Source of the DNA: Bdellovibrionota bacterium
Lineage (GTDB): Bacteria; Bdellovibrionota_G; JALEGL01; DATDPG01
Assembly (NCBI GenBank): GCA_963668355.1
Contig: OY764265.1
Coordinates: forward strand, 1,728,001-1,792,000
Length of the DNA stretch: 64,000 bases
Direction of reading: 5' to 3'
Both the position numbers and the translations under genes were made by a program. Under the pieces are notes generated by a model. That model did no database searches. It was given only the letters and a program-made list of their open reading frames with translations, and was not told the origin of the DNA. This document shows, one piece after another, positions 18,737-28,381 of this stretch (within the stretch, counting starts at the first letter, position 1; every line of letters starts with the position of its first letter).

Positions 18737-19381
18737 TTATAAAACCGTCGTGGCTTCCCCTCGAAAGTTGATCTGATACAGGTCAATCATTTCGGAATCC
18801 GGAATTTCATCAATGCTTTGGTTTTCTCTCCGAATTCTTTGTCTTAAACGGTCCGGAAAGGCATCTTTGATTTCATTCTTAAGGTCACTTGCCCTTACGG
18901 AAATGACAATGGGGTGTTCTGGATGCGTGGAGAGACGGGGTCCTTCCCTGACCATCATCCCTCTGACTTCCATATCCCAGTCAACAGCGGCGCCTCCTTT
19001 ACTGGAAAAATCGAAAATCCTCAATAAATTGGGTTCAACTACCTCAGCGTCCAACCCCGAAACCGTTGGTGGAATGACCGTTAACGGAGAGTCAGGAATG
19101 AGTTTAAACGGCTCATTTGTGGGCAAACCGTAGATGGTGACCAGGTTTCCCTCTGAACCTCCCACCACCGTTACGCCGCCCGTAGCCCGCCCTGAGGCAT
19201 ATAGACCGTCCACAGATGGTGTGACGGCCAAGGCACCTAAGAAGCTTTCCACTAGATGGGGATTATCAAAATTGTCGATGTTTGTGCAGCGGGCGCTCAA
19301 CAAAACGAAAACGCAGAGGAACACACACTCGACGAAACGGCATCGGTTTCTCCCCATATCTCTTTTCATTTCTGGATTCAC
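18737..19381 (-). CDS. Hypothetical exported protein, possible lipoprotein
   Basis: Hydrophobic N-terminus ending LSARC; start uncertain (19381/19369/19357). Confidence 0.55.
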   Translation of the reverse strand: MNPEMKRDMGRNRCRFVECVFLCVFVLLSARCTNIDNFDNPHLVESFLGALAVTPSVDGLYASGRATGGVTVVGGSEGNLVTIYGLPTNEPFKLIPDSPLTVIPPTVSGLDAEVVEPNLLRIFDFSSKGGAAVDWDMEVRGMMVREGPRLSTHPEHPIVISVRASDLKNEIKDAFPDRLRQRIRRENQSIDEIPDSEMIDLYQINFRGEATTVL

Positions 19382-19554
19382 GTATCCTTCCCTCTTCCCT
19401 TGTTAGCGCTTGTATCAAAAAGCAACCGGAATGGCAACGCGTTGCATAAAAACGGAAAACCAGAGAATGTCAACAAAAGTAGGTAGTTAGCGAGTTTCCT
19501 GAGGGGCTCTTTGTCAGTTGTGTCGAGGAAGGCAAATCCGTATGATGCGCTCGA

Positions 19555-20424
19555 ATGAACCTTAAACCTAATGTTGATGCGGTTTCTGAAGGACGAGCTC
19601 AAAGCGAGCTCATGGCTCAGACGCATTATGAGAATTTTCCCGTGGGGTCACGGTGGATTCGCTCCGATCTTCGTCCCCATGTTCATGCGATCTATGCTTT
19701 TGCTCGAACGGCCGATGATTTTGCGGACGAAGCCCAGTTTGAAGGAGAACGCTTGGAAAGGTTGCAGGCGTGGAGGGAAGGTTTAGAGGGGGCGGTTCAA
19801 AAAAAACCCGGATCTCCCGTTTTTCAGGCACTCTCACAAACCATTCATGAAAAAGATATTCCCGTGGAGTGGTTGGATCAGTTGATCCAGGCCTTTGAAT
19901 TGGATGTAAAAAAGAATCGTCATCCCGACTTTGCCAGCATCGAGAGCTATGCGAGATTTTCGGCCAATCCTGTCGGGCGTTTGGTGCTTTGGCTGCATGG
20001 CTATCGAGATGAAAACCTTTTTGAGCTTTCAGATGCTTTTTGTTCCGGCCTGCAATTTGCCAATTTTTGGCAAGATGTGGCAGTGGATTGGAAGAAAAAC
20101 CGCATTTATTTACCCCAAAACGACATGAAACGCTTTGGGTACTCCGAAGAAGATCTGAATCGGCAAGTGGTGGACGATCGTTTTCGGCGATTGCTTCAAA
20201 TGCAGATCGATCGTACCTGGCTTTTGTTTTTCCGGGCTCGGCGTTTGTGTGATTTGGTTGGAAAAGATTTGCGCATGGAACTTCGGCTTACGTGGCTTGG
20301 AGGAACGAAGATTCTGGAGAAATTGGTTCAGAACGAATATGACGTTTTTCAACGAAGGCCCAAGATCCAAGGGAAAGACAAGGCCCTTCTTTTGTGGAGA
20401 GCACTGACCTGGAGGAAAGGATGA
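19555..20424 (+). CDS. hpnC: Hydroxysqualene synthase HpnC
   Basis: HYENFPVGS, FARTADDFADE, SANPVGRLVL, NFWQDV signatures. Confidence 0.92.
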   Translation: MNLKPNVDAVSEGRAQSELMAQTHYENFPVGSRWIRSDLRPHVHAIYAFARTADDFADEAQFEGERLERLQAWREGLEGAVQKKPGSPVFQALSQTIHEKDIPVEWLDQLIQAFELDVKKNRHPDFASIESYARFSANPVGRLVLWLHGYRDENLFELSDAFCSGLQFANFWQDVAVDWKKNRIYLPQNDMKRFGYSEEDLNRQVVDDRFRRLLQMQIDRTWLLFFRARRLCDLVGKDLRMELRLTWLGGTKILEKLVQNEYDVFQRRPKIQGKDKALLLWRALTWRKG

Positions 20425-21272
20425 GCGAAAGCGCTCGAGAGATTACGCGAAAAGCAAAATCGAATTTCGCATGGGCTTTTGTGGGTCTTTCCAAAAAGCA
20501 ACGCCAAGCACTTGAAGCTCTCTATGCCTTCTGTCGGGTGGTGGATGATATTGTGGATGAGACAGATGACTCCGCTCAAGCTCAGGAAGAGCTTCAGCGT
20601 TGGAGAGAGGTCTTGGGGAGGGTGACATCCCCTTCCAGCTTTGACCCTCCATTGGCCTGGGATTTGGCGCAGGCATTTGAAGGATTTCCTCTTCGTACCG
20701 AAGATTTGCTTTGGATTATTGATGGCGTGGAGATGGATTTGAAGCGGTCTCGCGTTCAGACATTTGCGGAACTTTTGACCTATTGTGATGCCGTCGCCAG
20801 TGCCGTCGGCTTTGCGTCCATGTCCATTTTTGGTGCAGATCGAGAACAAACCCAATCCTATACCTTCGCCACAGGACGGGCCCTTCAACTAACCAATATT
20901 CTCCGCGATGTGGGGGTGGATGCGACGATGAATCGCATTTATCTTCCTTTGGAAGATTTGAATCGGTTTTCCATCAGGGAAAAAGATCTATTGAAACACA
21001 AATACTCTGAACCCTTTCGAAACATGATGGCTTTTCAGTGCGAGCGCGTTCGAACCTATTATAAAGAATCCAAAGATGCGCTCAGCAGAAGAGAAAGGCA
21101 GAAGTTTCCGGCCGCAGAGTTAATGCGGAAAATGTACGAACGTTTGCTCGACCGCATTGAGGCGAAATCGTTCAATGTTTTTCCCCAAAAAATCAAAGTC
21201 TCAAAGCCCACAAAAATGGCCATCGCTTTATCCGTTTGGCTGCCGTACTGCCTCAGGTTCTCAAAGAAATGA
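20421..21272 (+). CDS. hpnD: Presqualene diphosphate synthase HpnD
   Basis: SNF...LYAFCRVVDDIVD, YCDAVASAVG, LQLTNILRDV; ATGA overlap with hpnC. Confidence 0.9.
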   Translation: MSESAREITRKAKSNFAWAFVGLSKKQRQALEALYAFCRVVDDIVDETDDSAQAQEELQRWREVLGRVTSPSSFDPPLAWDLAQAFEGFPLRTEDLLWIIDGVEMDLKRSRVQTFAELLTYCDAVASAVGFASMSIFGADREQTQSYTFATGRALQLTNILRDVGVDATMNRIYLPLEDLNRFSIREKDLLKHKYSEPFRNMMAFQCERVRTYYKESKDALSRRERQKFPAAELMRKMYERLLDRIEAKSFNVFPQKIKVSKPTKMAIALSVWLPYCLRFSKK

Positions 21273-22594
21273 TGTGGGATTGCATCATTATAGGTGGGGG
21301 ATGCTCGGGATTGGCCGCGGCGACAAAGCTGGCAGAGCAAAATCTGCACGTTCTTTTGCTTGAAAAAAGAAGCTTGCTCGGTGGAAGAGCTTCTTCGTGG
21401 GTGGATCGTCAAAGCGGAGAAACGGTGGATAACGGCCAACACATGTTTTTGGGATGTTATGAAGAAAGTAAAACCTTTTTGAAGAGAATCGGGTCGGATT
21501 CGAATCTTCATTTTTGGGAAGCTTTTTCCACCCCCATGATGGGTCCCCAAGGAGAACGGGCTCATTTAAAAACCTGGAACTTGCCTGCGCCTTGGCATTT
21601 GGGAATGGGGTTGTTGAACTATCGAGCCTTGCCGATTCGTCAGCGTCTTTTTGCGGCTCGTGTCGCGAGATCGGTCCAGAAAAGACCAAAAAATTTGGCC
21701 GAACTATCTGTGGATCAATGGTTGGAGACATTAAAGCAAGGGCACGAATCTCGAACTCGGTTATGGGACTTAATTACGTTAGCAACCCTGAATATTTCCC
21801 CCAAAGAGGCACCCGCGGATCTTTTGGCCACTGTTTTGGAGAAAGGTTTCTTGGCTTCTCGGGAAGCCTCGCGAATCGGTTTGTCAAAAGTGGGACTTTC
21901 TGAGTTGCACGGGGAGCCCTCAAAGACATTTCTTTACCAGCGGGGAAGTGAACTACGTTTGGGTGAAGGGGTTGTTCGGGTTTCACGGAACGTAGAAAAG
22001 AACCAAGAAGTGATTTTGGCAGGCGGAAAAACGGAAAAGGCCAAAAATGTCATCGTGGCCATTCCTCCTCCAGCTCTTCGTAAACTCTTTGCTGGTGCTT
22101 CTTTGGAAAGCCACGTTCGTCCAACCGAAGGATTGCGTGCTTTCCCGATCCTTTCGGTTCATGCGTGGTGCAATCAAATTCCCTTTTTGGAGCCTCTGGC
22201 AGGCTTTTGGGACCAAAACTATCATTGGGCTTTTCGAAAGGACCGGATTGATCCTTCCGGAAATTCTAAGCACATTTCATTGGTAACCTCTTCGGCAAAA
22301 GAGATGTTGGAGCGGAGCAATGAAGATTTGAAACTCCTCGCTCAAGATGAACTAAGAAAAACGCTACGCATGCCGACCTTCAACATTTCCAGAATTTTGG
22401 CGGTCAGGGAAAGGGAGGCTACGTGGTGTCCCCCTCTTGGGAAAAAAGAAGGACGACTTTCTGTTCAAACTCCCGAACCGGGTGTGTATTTGGCCGGAGA
22501 TTGGACGGATACGGGTCTACCATCGACCATTGAAGGAGCCGTCAAAAGCGGACACCTCGCTGCGCAGAAGGTTTTGGAACGTATGTCGCGTTGA
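21269..22594 (+). CDS. hpnE: Hydroxysqualene dehydroxylase HpnE
   Basis: IIGGG FAD motif, DNGQH, AGDWTDTGLPSTIEGAVKSG; follows hpnCD. Confidence 0.9.
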   Translation: MMWDCIIIGGGCSGLAAATKLAEQNLHVLLLEKRSLLGGRASSWVDRQSGETVDNGQHMFLGCYEESKTFLKRIGSDSNLHFWEAFSTPMMGPQGERAHLKTWNLPAPWHLGMGLLNYRALPIRQRLFAARVARSVQKRPKNLAELSVDQWLETLKQGHESRTRLWDLITLATLNISPKEAPADLLATVLEKGFLASREASRIGLSKVGLSELHGEPSKTFLYQRGSELRLGEGVVRVSRNVEKNQEVILAGGKTEKAKNVIVAIPPPALRKLFAGASLESHVRPTEGLRAFPILSVHAWCNQIPFLEPLAGFWDQNYHWAFRKDRIDPSGNSKHISLVTSSAKEMLERSNEDLKLLAQDELRKTLRMPTFNISRILAVREREATWCPPLGKKEGRLSVQTPEPGVYLAGDWTDTGLPSTIEGAVKSGHLAAQKVLERMSR

Positions 22595-22632
22595 CGATCG
22601 GTTGAGCCTCCAGTACCGTAGGCTTCAAATTC

Positions 22633-24051
22633 ATGATGAACGAACCAACAGCTGCAGAAATCCTCAATCGTTTAAAAAATGTCCTCCAAATAAACGGAGA
22701 GGAGGAAATATATGCCGAAGATCGAAAGAAGTTTCGAGAGGAACACTTGGATTCTTTGGTGTATCAATCTGTTTTTCATTCCGAAAAAGATACCTGTGAT
22801 TTTTTGCGTTGGTTAATTCGAAGATTGGCTTTGTCCGCAGGGGCCATACCGAGTTCCATCGATCGTTTTTATCGCCTAAAGGGCGAAGGAAAATTTCAAA
22901 AGGTGACGGTGCCGGCCATTAATGTTCGGGGCTTGAGCTACGATTTTTGCCGTTCGATTTTTCGGGCAGCTGCCGCTACGAATGCCCGAGCGTTCATTTT
23001 CGAAATTGCCAAATCCGAAATGGGCTATACCCATCAGGAACCTGATGAGTTCGTGACCGTGATTTTGGCCGCAGCTTTGCGGGAAGGCTTCAGTGGTCCC
23101 ATTTTTGTGCAGGGCGATCATTTTCAGTTCAATGCCAAAAATTTTGCTCAGGATCCCCAGAAAGAAACAGAAGGGATCAAGAATCTGATTTCGGAAGCCA
23201 TTCAAACTGGCTTTTACAATATTGATATTGATGCTTCGACATTGGTTACGTTGGATTCCCCTCTTTTGGAAGAACAACAAAAGCTAAACATTGAAAAGAC
23301 TGTGGAGATGACTCAGTGGATTCGTTCCATCGAACCAGAAGGGGTTACCGTCTCCGTCGGAGGGGAAATCGGCGAGGTCGGAGGAAAAAACTCCACGGTA
23401 GATGAGTTGAAAACATTTTTGGATGGTTTCTCAGCTGAATTTGAAGGAGCAGAAAAGAAAGCGCTCGGATTATCGAAGTTAAGTGTTCAAACCGGAACCA
23501 CACACGGAGGCGTTCCATTGCCAGATGGCAAAATTGCAGAAGTGGCATTGGACTTTGAGGTGTTGAAGGACCTGGGGCAGGTGGCCATGAAGACGTATCA
23601 CTTGGGAGGTGTGGTTCAGCATGGTGCCTCCACTCTCCCAGAAGACCTGTTTGAGAAGTTTCCGGAGGTCAATACCTGCGAGATTCATTTGGCCACGGCT
23701 TTTCAAAATCTAATGTTTGATGGGGGACATTTCCCCAAAGATTTGTATGCAGACATGTTGCATTACATGGACAAAAACTTTTCCAACCATCGAGGGGAGA
23801 AGGACTCTTACGATCAGTTTGTTTACAAAAATCGGAAAAGGCTCTTTGGCCCATTCAAACGTCGATTGTGGGATCTTCCCGAGGAGACCCGGACATTGCT
23901 TCGGGAACAACTCCAGTCCCGTTTTGAGTTTCTTTTTAAGAAGCTCAACGCGAAGAGCACATTTGACGGCGTGACGGACAATACGGAGAGCGTCAAGGTC
24001 CTGCCAACGTTGCCAGAGAAATACCGTTCCCTCATAGTCGAAGAGGAATAA
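22633..24051 (+). CDS. Class II fructose-bisphosphate aldolase family protein (N-terminally extended type)
   Basis: VPAIN, QGDH, GGEIGEVG, GTTHGG, VQHGASTLP metal-binding motifs. Confidence 0.85.
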   Translation: MMNEPTAAEILNRLKNVLQINGEEEIYAEDRKKFREEHLDSLVYQSVFHSEKDTCDFLRWLIRRLALSAGAIPSSIDRFYRLKGEGKFQKVTVPAINVRGLSYDFCRSIFRAAAATNARAFIFEIAKSEMGYTHQEPDEFVTVILAAALREGFSGPIFVQGDHFQFNAKNFAQDPQKETEGIKNLISEAIQTGFYNIDIDASTLVTLDSPLLEEQQKLNIEKTVEMTQWIRSIEPEGVTVSVGGEIGEVGGKNSTVDELKTFLDGFSAEFEGAEKKALGLSKLSVQTGTTHGGVPLPDGKIAEVALDFEVLKDLGQVAMKTYHLGGVVQHGASTLPEDLFEKFPEVNTCEIHLATAFQNLMFDGGHFPKDLYADMLHYMDKNFSNHRGEKDSYDQFVYKNRKRLFGPFKRRLWDLPEETRTLLREQLQSRFEFLFKKLNAKSTFDGVTDNTESVKVLPTLPEKYRSLIVEEE

Positions 24052-24056
24052 CCCTA

Positions 24057-24081
24057 CCAAAAGTGAACGTTTCACTTTTGG
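24057..24081. promoter_or_regulatory. 11-bp palindrome, terminator or operator
   Basis: CCAAAAGTGAA-CGT-TTCACTTTTGG between the aldolase stop and the next gene. Confidence 0.4.
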
Positions 24082-24190
24082 TCGTTTTGGAGGTCTTGGG
24101 GCTTGCCCCCGCAAAGGGGACGTGTTAGAAGCTTCTTCGAAAAATTGTACATTATTTTAAGTACTTGGAATCATAAAGGAGTGTTTGTTT

Positions 24191-25501
24191 ATGGCTACAC
24201 GCGTCGTCATCATTGGAGCCGCAGGACGGGATTTTCACAATTTCAATACGACGTTTCGAGATAATGAGAATTATCAGGTCGTTGCGTTTACGGCGGCACA
24301 AATTCCAGACATTGCTGGAAAGAAATATCCGGCCGAATTGGCGGGAAAGCTTTACCCCGACGGCATTCCGATTGTCGATGAGGCCAATCTTGGGGATTTG
24401 ATCGTCAAAGAGAAGATCGATCAAGCGGTCTTTTCGTATAGTGATATTTCTCACGAAGCCCTTATGCACAAGGCCTCCTTGGTTTTGGCCAAAGGGGCAG
24501 ATTTCAAGTTGTTGGGCGCCAATCAAACAATGATCAAGTCCAATAAGCCGGTGATTTCCGTGACGGCCGTTCGAACCGGGTGTGGAAAAAGCCCGATCAG
24601 CCAAAAAATCGCACAATTATTGCGGGAAGCCGGAAAGACGGTGGCGGTCATTCGTCATCCGATGCCTTATGGAGATCTACGAAAACAAGTTTGGCAGAGA
24701 TTTGCGAGCTTGGAAGATCTCAAGAAACATGAGTGCACCATTGAAGAAATGGAAGAGTACGAACCCCATATCAACAATGGCATGCTCGTATTTGCAGGAA
24801 TTGATTACCAAAAGATTTTAGATGAAGCCGAGAAAGAGGCGGATATCATCTTGTGGGATGGTGGAAACAACGATTTCCCATTCTACAAACCGGATGTGGA
24901 CTTGGTTGTCGTGGATCCACATCGTCCCGGTCATGAATTGAAATACTTTCCAGGCGAAACCAATTTCTTGCGAGCCAGCACCTTGGTGATCGCCAAAGTG
25001 GACTCGGCGGACCCGGAAAAACTCGCCATTCTTGAGCAGAACATCAAAGAGCATAATCCAAAAGCAAGTGTCATTCGTGCGGGCTTAAAGATTGATGTAG
25101 ATGATGCTTCCAAGATCAAAGGCAAGCGCGTTTTGGTTGTGGAAGATGGCCCCACGTTAACTCATGGTGAGATGCCTTACGGTGCGGGTGTGTTGGCCGC
25201 TCGAAAATATGGAGCAGCTTCTGAAGTCGATCCCAAGCCGTATTTGGTCGGAAAAATGAAGGAAACGTTTGAAACGTATACGTACATCCGAGGTTTGCTC
25301 CCCGCCATGGGTTATTCCGGACAGCAAGTCAAAGATCTGGAAGAAACCATTAATAAGACCGATTGCGACACGGTCATCATTGCGACGCCCGTGGATCTTC
25401 GCAGGATTCTTAACATCAAGCATGAAACCTGCCGTGTTCTTTATTCGGCCGATGAAGTTGGCAAGCCGGATCTGGCGGATGCCATCAAACCTGTGTTGTA
25501 A
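24191..25501 (+). CDS. arcE: Arginine synthetase ArcE-like P-loop protein (often annotated predicted GTPase / cDPG synthetase-like)
   Basis: GAAGRDFHNFN, AVRTGCGKS P-loop, RHPMPYG, WDGGNND, VEDGPTLTHG; adjacent to carbamate kinase and OTC; AAGGAG SD. Confidence 0.75.
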   Translation: MATRVVIIGAAGRDFHNFNTTFRDNENYQVVAFTAAQIPDIAGKKYPAELAGKLYPDGIPIVDEANLGDLIVKEKIDQAVFSYSDISHEALMHKASLVLAKGADFKLLGANQTMIKSNKPVISVTAVRTGCGKSPISQKIAQLLREAGKTVAVIRHPMPYGDLRKQVWQRFASLEDLKKHECTIEEMEEYEPHINNGMLVFAGIDYQKILDEAEKEADIILWDGGNNDFPFYKPDVDLVVVDPHRPGHELKYFPGETNFLRASTLVIAKVDSADPEKLAILEQNIKEHNPKASVIRAGLKIDVDDASKIKGKRVLVVEDGPTLTHGEMPYGAGVLAARKYGAASEVDPKPYLVGKMKETFETYTYIRGLLPAMGYSGQQVKDLEETINKTDCDTVIIATPVDLRRILNIKHETCRVLYSADEVGKPDLADAIKPVL

Positions 25502-25521
25502 AGCTCTGTAGGTTAGAACTC

Positions 25522-25555
25522 AAAAAGGCCGCTCATCTGAGCGGCCTTTTTTTTT
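25522..25555. terminator. Bidirectional rho-independent terminator
   Basis: AAAAAGGCCGCTCA-TC-TGAGCGGCCTTTTTTTTT between convergent genes. Confidence 0.85.
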
Positions 25556-25597
25556 GACTGACTAAAAGGTTTCGTAACAAAAATGGAGCGTATTTTT

Positions 25598-26512
25598 CTA
25601 TAGGGTGATGCGCGTTCCGGTTTTTCCGTTGAGAGCATCTTTGATGCGATCAATATGGCAGATGATGGCTTCTTCGCCCCCAAATTCCATGTGATTGATG
25701 GCGGCCTGGACTTTTGGTCCCATGCTTCCATCCGGAAAATGACCGGCCTTGAGATATCTTTTGGCCTGGCTGACGGTCAACGAGTCCAAACGTTTCTCCT
25801 TGGGGGTTCCAAAGTGAATGGCCAACTTTTCTTCGTCGGTTGCGATGATGACACTGTCGGCCGCAATTTGTTGTCCGAGCGTTACGCTGGCCAAATCCTT
25901 GTCGATGACCGCTTCAGTGGCTACCAAACGGTTTTCTTCTTTGATTACAGGCACGCCGCCTCCGCCACACGCGATGACAATGAAATTTTGTTGAATCAAA
26001 CGTTTGATTTCGCGCCATTGATAAATTTTGATGGGTTTGGGGGAGGGGACAACCTTTCTCCAGCCCTTGGGCGTTTTTACAAAACCCGGTTGTTTCTTTT
26101 TATAAGCGGGGCCGATGGGTTTTGTCGGATTTTGAAAGGCTGGATCGTCCGGCGAGACCTTCACATACGTCAAAACCGTGAGGAAAAGCTTTTCGTCGGA
26201 GATGCCCAACCGCATCAGCTCTTCATCCAAAGTCGATTCAATCATGAACCCAATTCGACCTTGCGTTCCGGCGACCAAAATACCCAAAGGCATTTTAGAA
26301 ACTTCCAAAGTCGATTCTTGTTGGAGAAGGAGATCTCCCACCTGAGGTCCATTTCCATGCGTAACGATGATGTTGTATTTCTTGGATAATTCGGCAATTT
26401 GCCGAAGAGGAATGCGAACGTTTTCCAGTTGCTCCTTAACGGTTCCGGTTTGTCCTGATCGAATGAGAGCGTTACCCCCAAGGGCAACGATCAATGTTTT
26501 TCTACGGGACAT
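25598..26512 (-). CDS. arcC: Carbamate kinase
   Basis: VALGGNAL, THGNGPQVG, PTKPIG, VVPSP, GGGGVPV, EAVIDKD, GSMGPKV. Confidence 0.95.
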   Translation of the reverse strand: MSRRKTLIVALGGNALIRSGQTGTVKEQLENVRIPLRQIAELSKKYNIIVTHGNGPQVGDLLLQQESTLEVSKMPLGILVAGTQGRIGFMIESTLDEELMRLGISDEKLFLTVLTYVKVSPDDPAFQNPTKPIGPAYKKKQPGFVKTPKGWRKVVPSPKPIKIYQWREIKRLIQQNFIVIACGGGGVPVIKEENRLVATEAVIDKDLASVTLGQQIAADSVIIATDEEKLAIHFGTPKEKRLDSLTVSQAKRYLKAGHFPDGSMGPKVQAAINHMEFGGEEAIICHIDRIKDALNGKTGTRITL

Positions 26513-27441
26513 TACATCTTCCCGAGAAGAAAGAGCATGATGGCTTTTTGAGCGTGGAGGCGATTTTCCGCCTGATCAAATACGACGCTTTGAGGCCCAT
26601 CAATGACCTCTTCCGTTTGTTCATAGCCTCTCATGGCAGGTAAGCAATTCATAAAGATGGCGTCGGACTTCGCTTGCTTCATCAACGCTGCATTTACTTG
26701 GAAGGGCATAAAAACTTCTTTTCGCTGAGCCTCTTCGTCTTGCGGAATTCCATAAGACATCCAAGAGTCTGTATAAATTACATCACTGTTTTTTGCGGCT
26801 TCTTGGGGGTTATGCACAACTCGGACTTGGGCCCCAGATTTGGCAGAAAGAGTTTCGATTTCTTTTAAAACGGAGGGTTCTGGAGAATAAGCGGAGTCAG
26901 CCGGACATGCCACATCCATTTGAATCCCCATGATGGCGGCCATTCGCATAAGGTCGTAGGTAACGTTATTGTGAGAATCCCCAAAATAACTCAGCTTGAG
27001 GTTTTCGAAGGAACCTTTTTTTTCCTTTATGGTTTGGAAATCACAGAGGATTTGACAAGGATGGGCATAGTCATCGAGTAAGTTGATAACTGGAACATCA
27101 CTATGGGAGGCAAGTTCTTGAATGTCTTGCCTTTTAAACACGCGAGCCGCAATGAGGTTGACATACCTGGAGGCACATTTGGCCGTATCGTGAATATTTT
27201 CTTTCTTCCCCAAAGGCGAATCTTTGATCGAGTAGAAAATAGCATGGCCTCCCAACTGAGTCATTCCCGTTTCAAAGGAAAGCCGTGTTCTAAGAGAGGG
27301 TTTTTCAAAAAGCATCAACAAGGTTTGATGATCGAGGGCTTGAAAGTACTTCTCAGGCGACTTTTTGATGTCCATGGATTTTTGGATGATGGTTTCACAT
27401 TCTTCCCGGTTTAAATCAGCCACCGTGGTTAAGTGTTTCAT
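26512..27441 (-). CDS. arcB: Ornithine carbamoyltransferase (probably catabolic)
   Basis: FEKPSLRT, HPCQ, NCLP, DQAENRLH; stop overlaps arcC start; GGAGA SD before ATG 27441. Confidence 0.9.
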   Translation of the reverse strand: MKHLTTVADLNREECETIIQKSMDIKKSPEKYFQALDHQTLLMLFEKPSLRTRLSFETGMTQLGGHAIFYSIKDSPLGKKENIHDTAKCASRYVNLIAARVFKRQDIQELASHSDVPVINLLDDYAHPCQILCDFQTIKEKKGSFENLKLSYFGDSHNNVTYDLMRMAAIMGIQMDVACPADSAYSPEPSVLKEIETLSAKSGAQVRVVHNPQEAAKNSDVIYTDSWMSYGIPQDEEAQRKEVFMPFQVNAALMKQAKSDAIFMNCLPAMRGYEQTEEVIDGPQSVVFDQAENRLHAQKAIMLFLLGKM

Positions 27442-27453
27442 GGTAGTCTCCAA

Positions 27454-28134
27454 TTAGTCTGATGAATCTAAAAATTCTCGAAGTTCTTTTTCGGTTTCGT
27501 CTGTGAGTTCCAAAAACTTTAAAGCCATGCCTTTGGATTCACTTTCTGTTTTGGTTGGATTGACGCGCGTGATTTCAGCCAGAATTTCAAAGTCTCGATC
27601 ATGATCTGGGTGAACAATGACAATTTGGACTTGCTCTCCCTCTGGTTTGAGGACGGGTGTTTCTAAAAACATTCCCCCAGAGCTGATATTCGTTGAAACA
27701 AACTCATCGAGCCGGGCTTTGGTTTTAAAGCGAACCATGAAGGAGGCCATCTTTCGGCGAGCAGACCTTCGATCCGTTTGTTTTTTTTCAGGAGCTCCCG
27801 CCAAAGGGTCTAGTGCATCCAAGGCCTCTACTTGCGATACGAATCGAATCCAGCGATCTCGATCATCGGAATCGAGTTTGAGAAAATGAACTCCCACGCC
27901 TTTGACATCTTCCACCGAACCTTTCCAAGCCACTCTTCCCAAAAGTTCGATGGCAGATTCTTCTCCGGGAGGGTGTAAAAGGAGTCGGAGCAGGCTGTTG
28001 AGGGGACGCTCGCCTTTGTCTTGGACGAAGATGCCGTTTCGGCTTACGTTCAACGTCGTGGTTTCGGTTCGAGTTTTCTCAAGGAAAATGACTCGAATTC
28101 GAGAGGCAATTCTGGTGCTCGTCCTACGCTCCAT
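27454..28134 (-). CDS. Tandem PilZ-domain protein
   Basis: RRTSTR...NVSRNG and RRSARR...NISSGG c-di-GMP motifs. Confidence 0.85.
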   Translation of the reverse strand: MERRTSTRIASRIRVIFLEKTRTETTTLNVSRNGIFVQDKGERPLNSLLRLLLHPPGEESAIELLGRVAWKGSVEDVKGVGVHFLKLDSDDRDRWIRFVSQVEALDALDPLAGAPEKKQTDRRSARRKMASFMVRFKTKARLDEFVSTNISSGGMFLETPVLKPEGEQVQIVIVHPDHDRDFEILAEITRVNPTKTESESKGMALKFLELTDETEKELREFLDSSD

Positions 28135-28340
28135 ATTCAGTAACTCCTAAAAAACAAAAGGAATTTTAGGCCTTATAGCCATCTTAATCCATTCAATCAA
28201 GATGAGCGTGATGGGATTCTTAAGGGAACCCACTATTTGGCCGCGACAATCCAGCGTTTTTGGGGCGGTTTGGGTGTCGCATGAACCCGGCAGGTTTCTA
28301 AAAAAAGGTTGAATTTCAAGCGTTTGTATGATGCTTTAGT

Positions 28341-28356
28341 TGGCACGAACGCTGCT
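28341..28356 (+). promoter_or_regulatory. Putative sigma54 promoter
   Basis: TGGCACGAACGCTGCT, GG-N10-GC, upstream of the single PilZ gene. Confidence 0.65.
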
Positions 28357-28381
28357 GGGGGGAATAGTAATGGGAAAATCA

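Noticed and set aside
19432..19446. TGGCAACGCGTTGCA as a sigma54 promoter for hpnC
   Set aside because: GG-GC spacing is one base short; it is a 12-bp palindrome with no assignable regulator.
24191..25501. Annotation as cyclic 2,3-diphosphoglycerate synthetase or generic GTPase
   Set aside because: Context with OTC and carbamate kinase, and no 2-phosphoglycerate kinase nearby, favours ArcE; not fully excluded.
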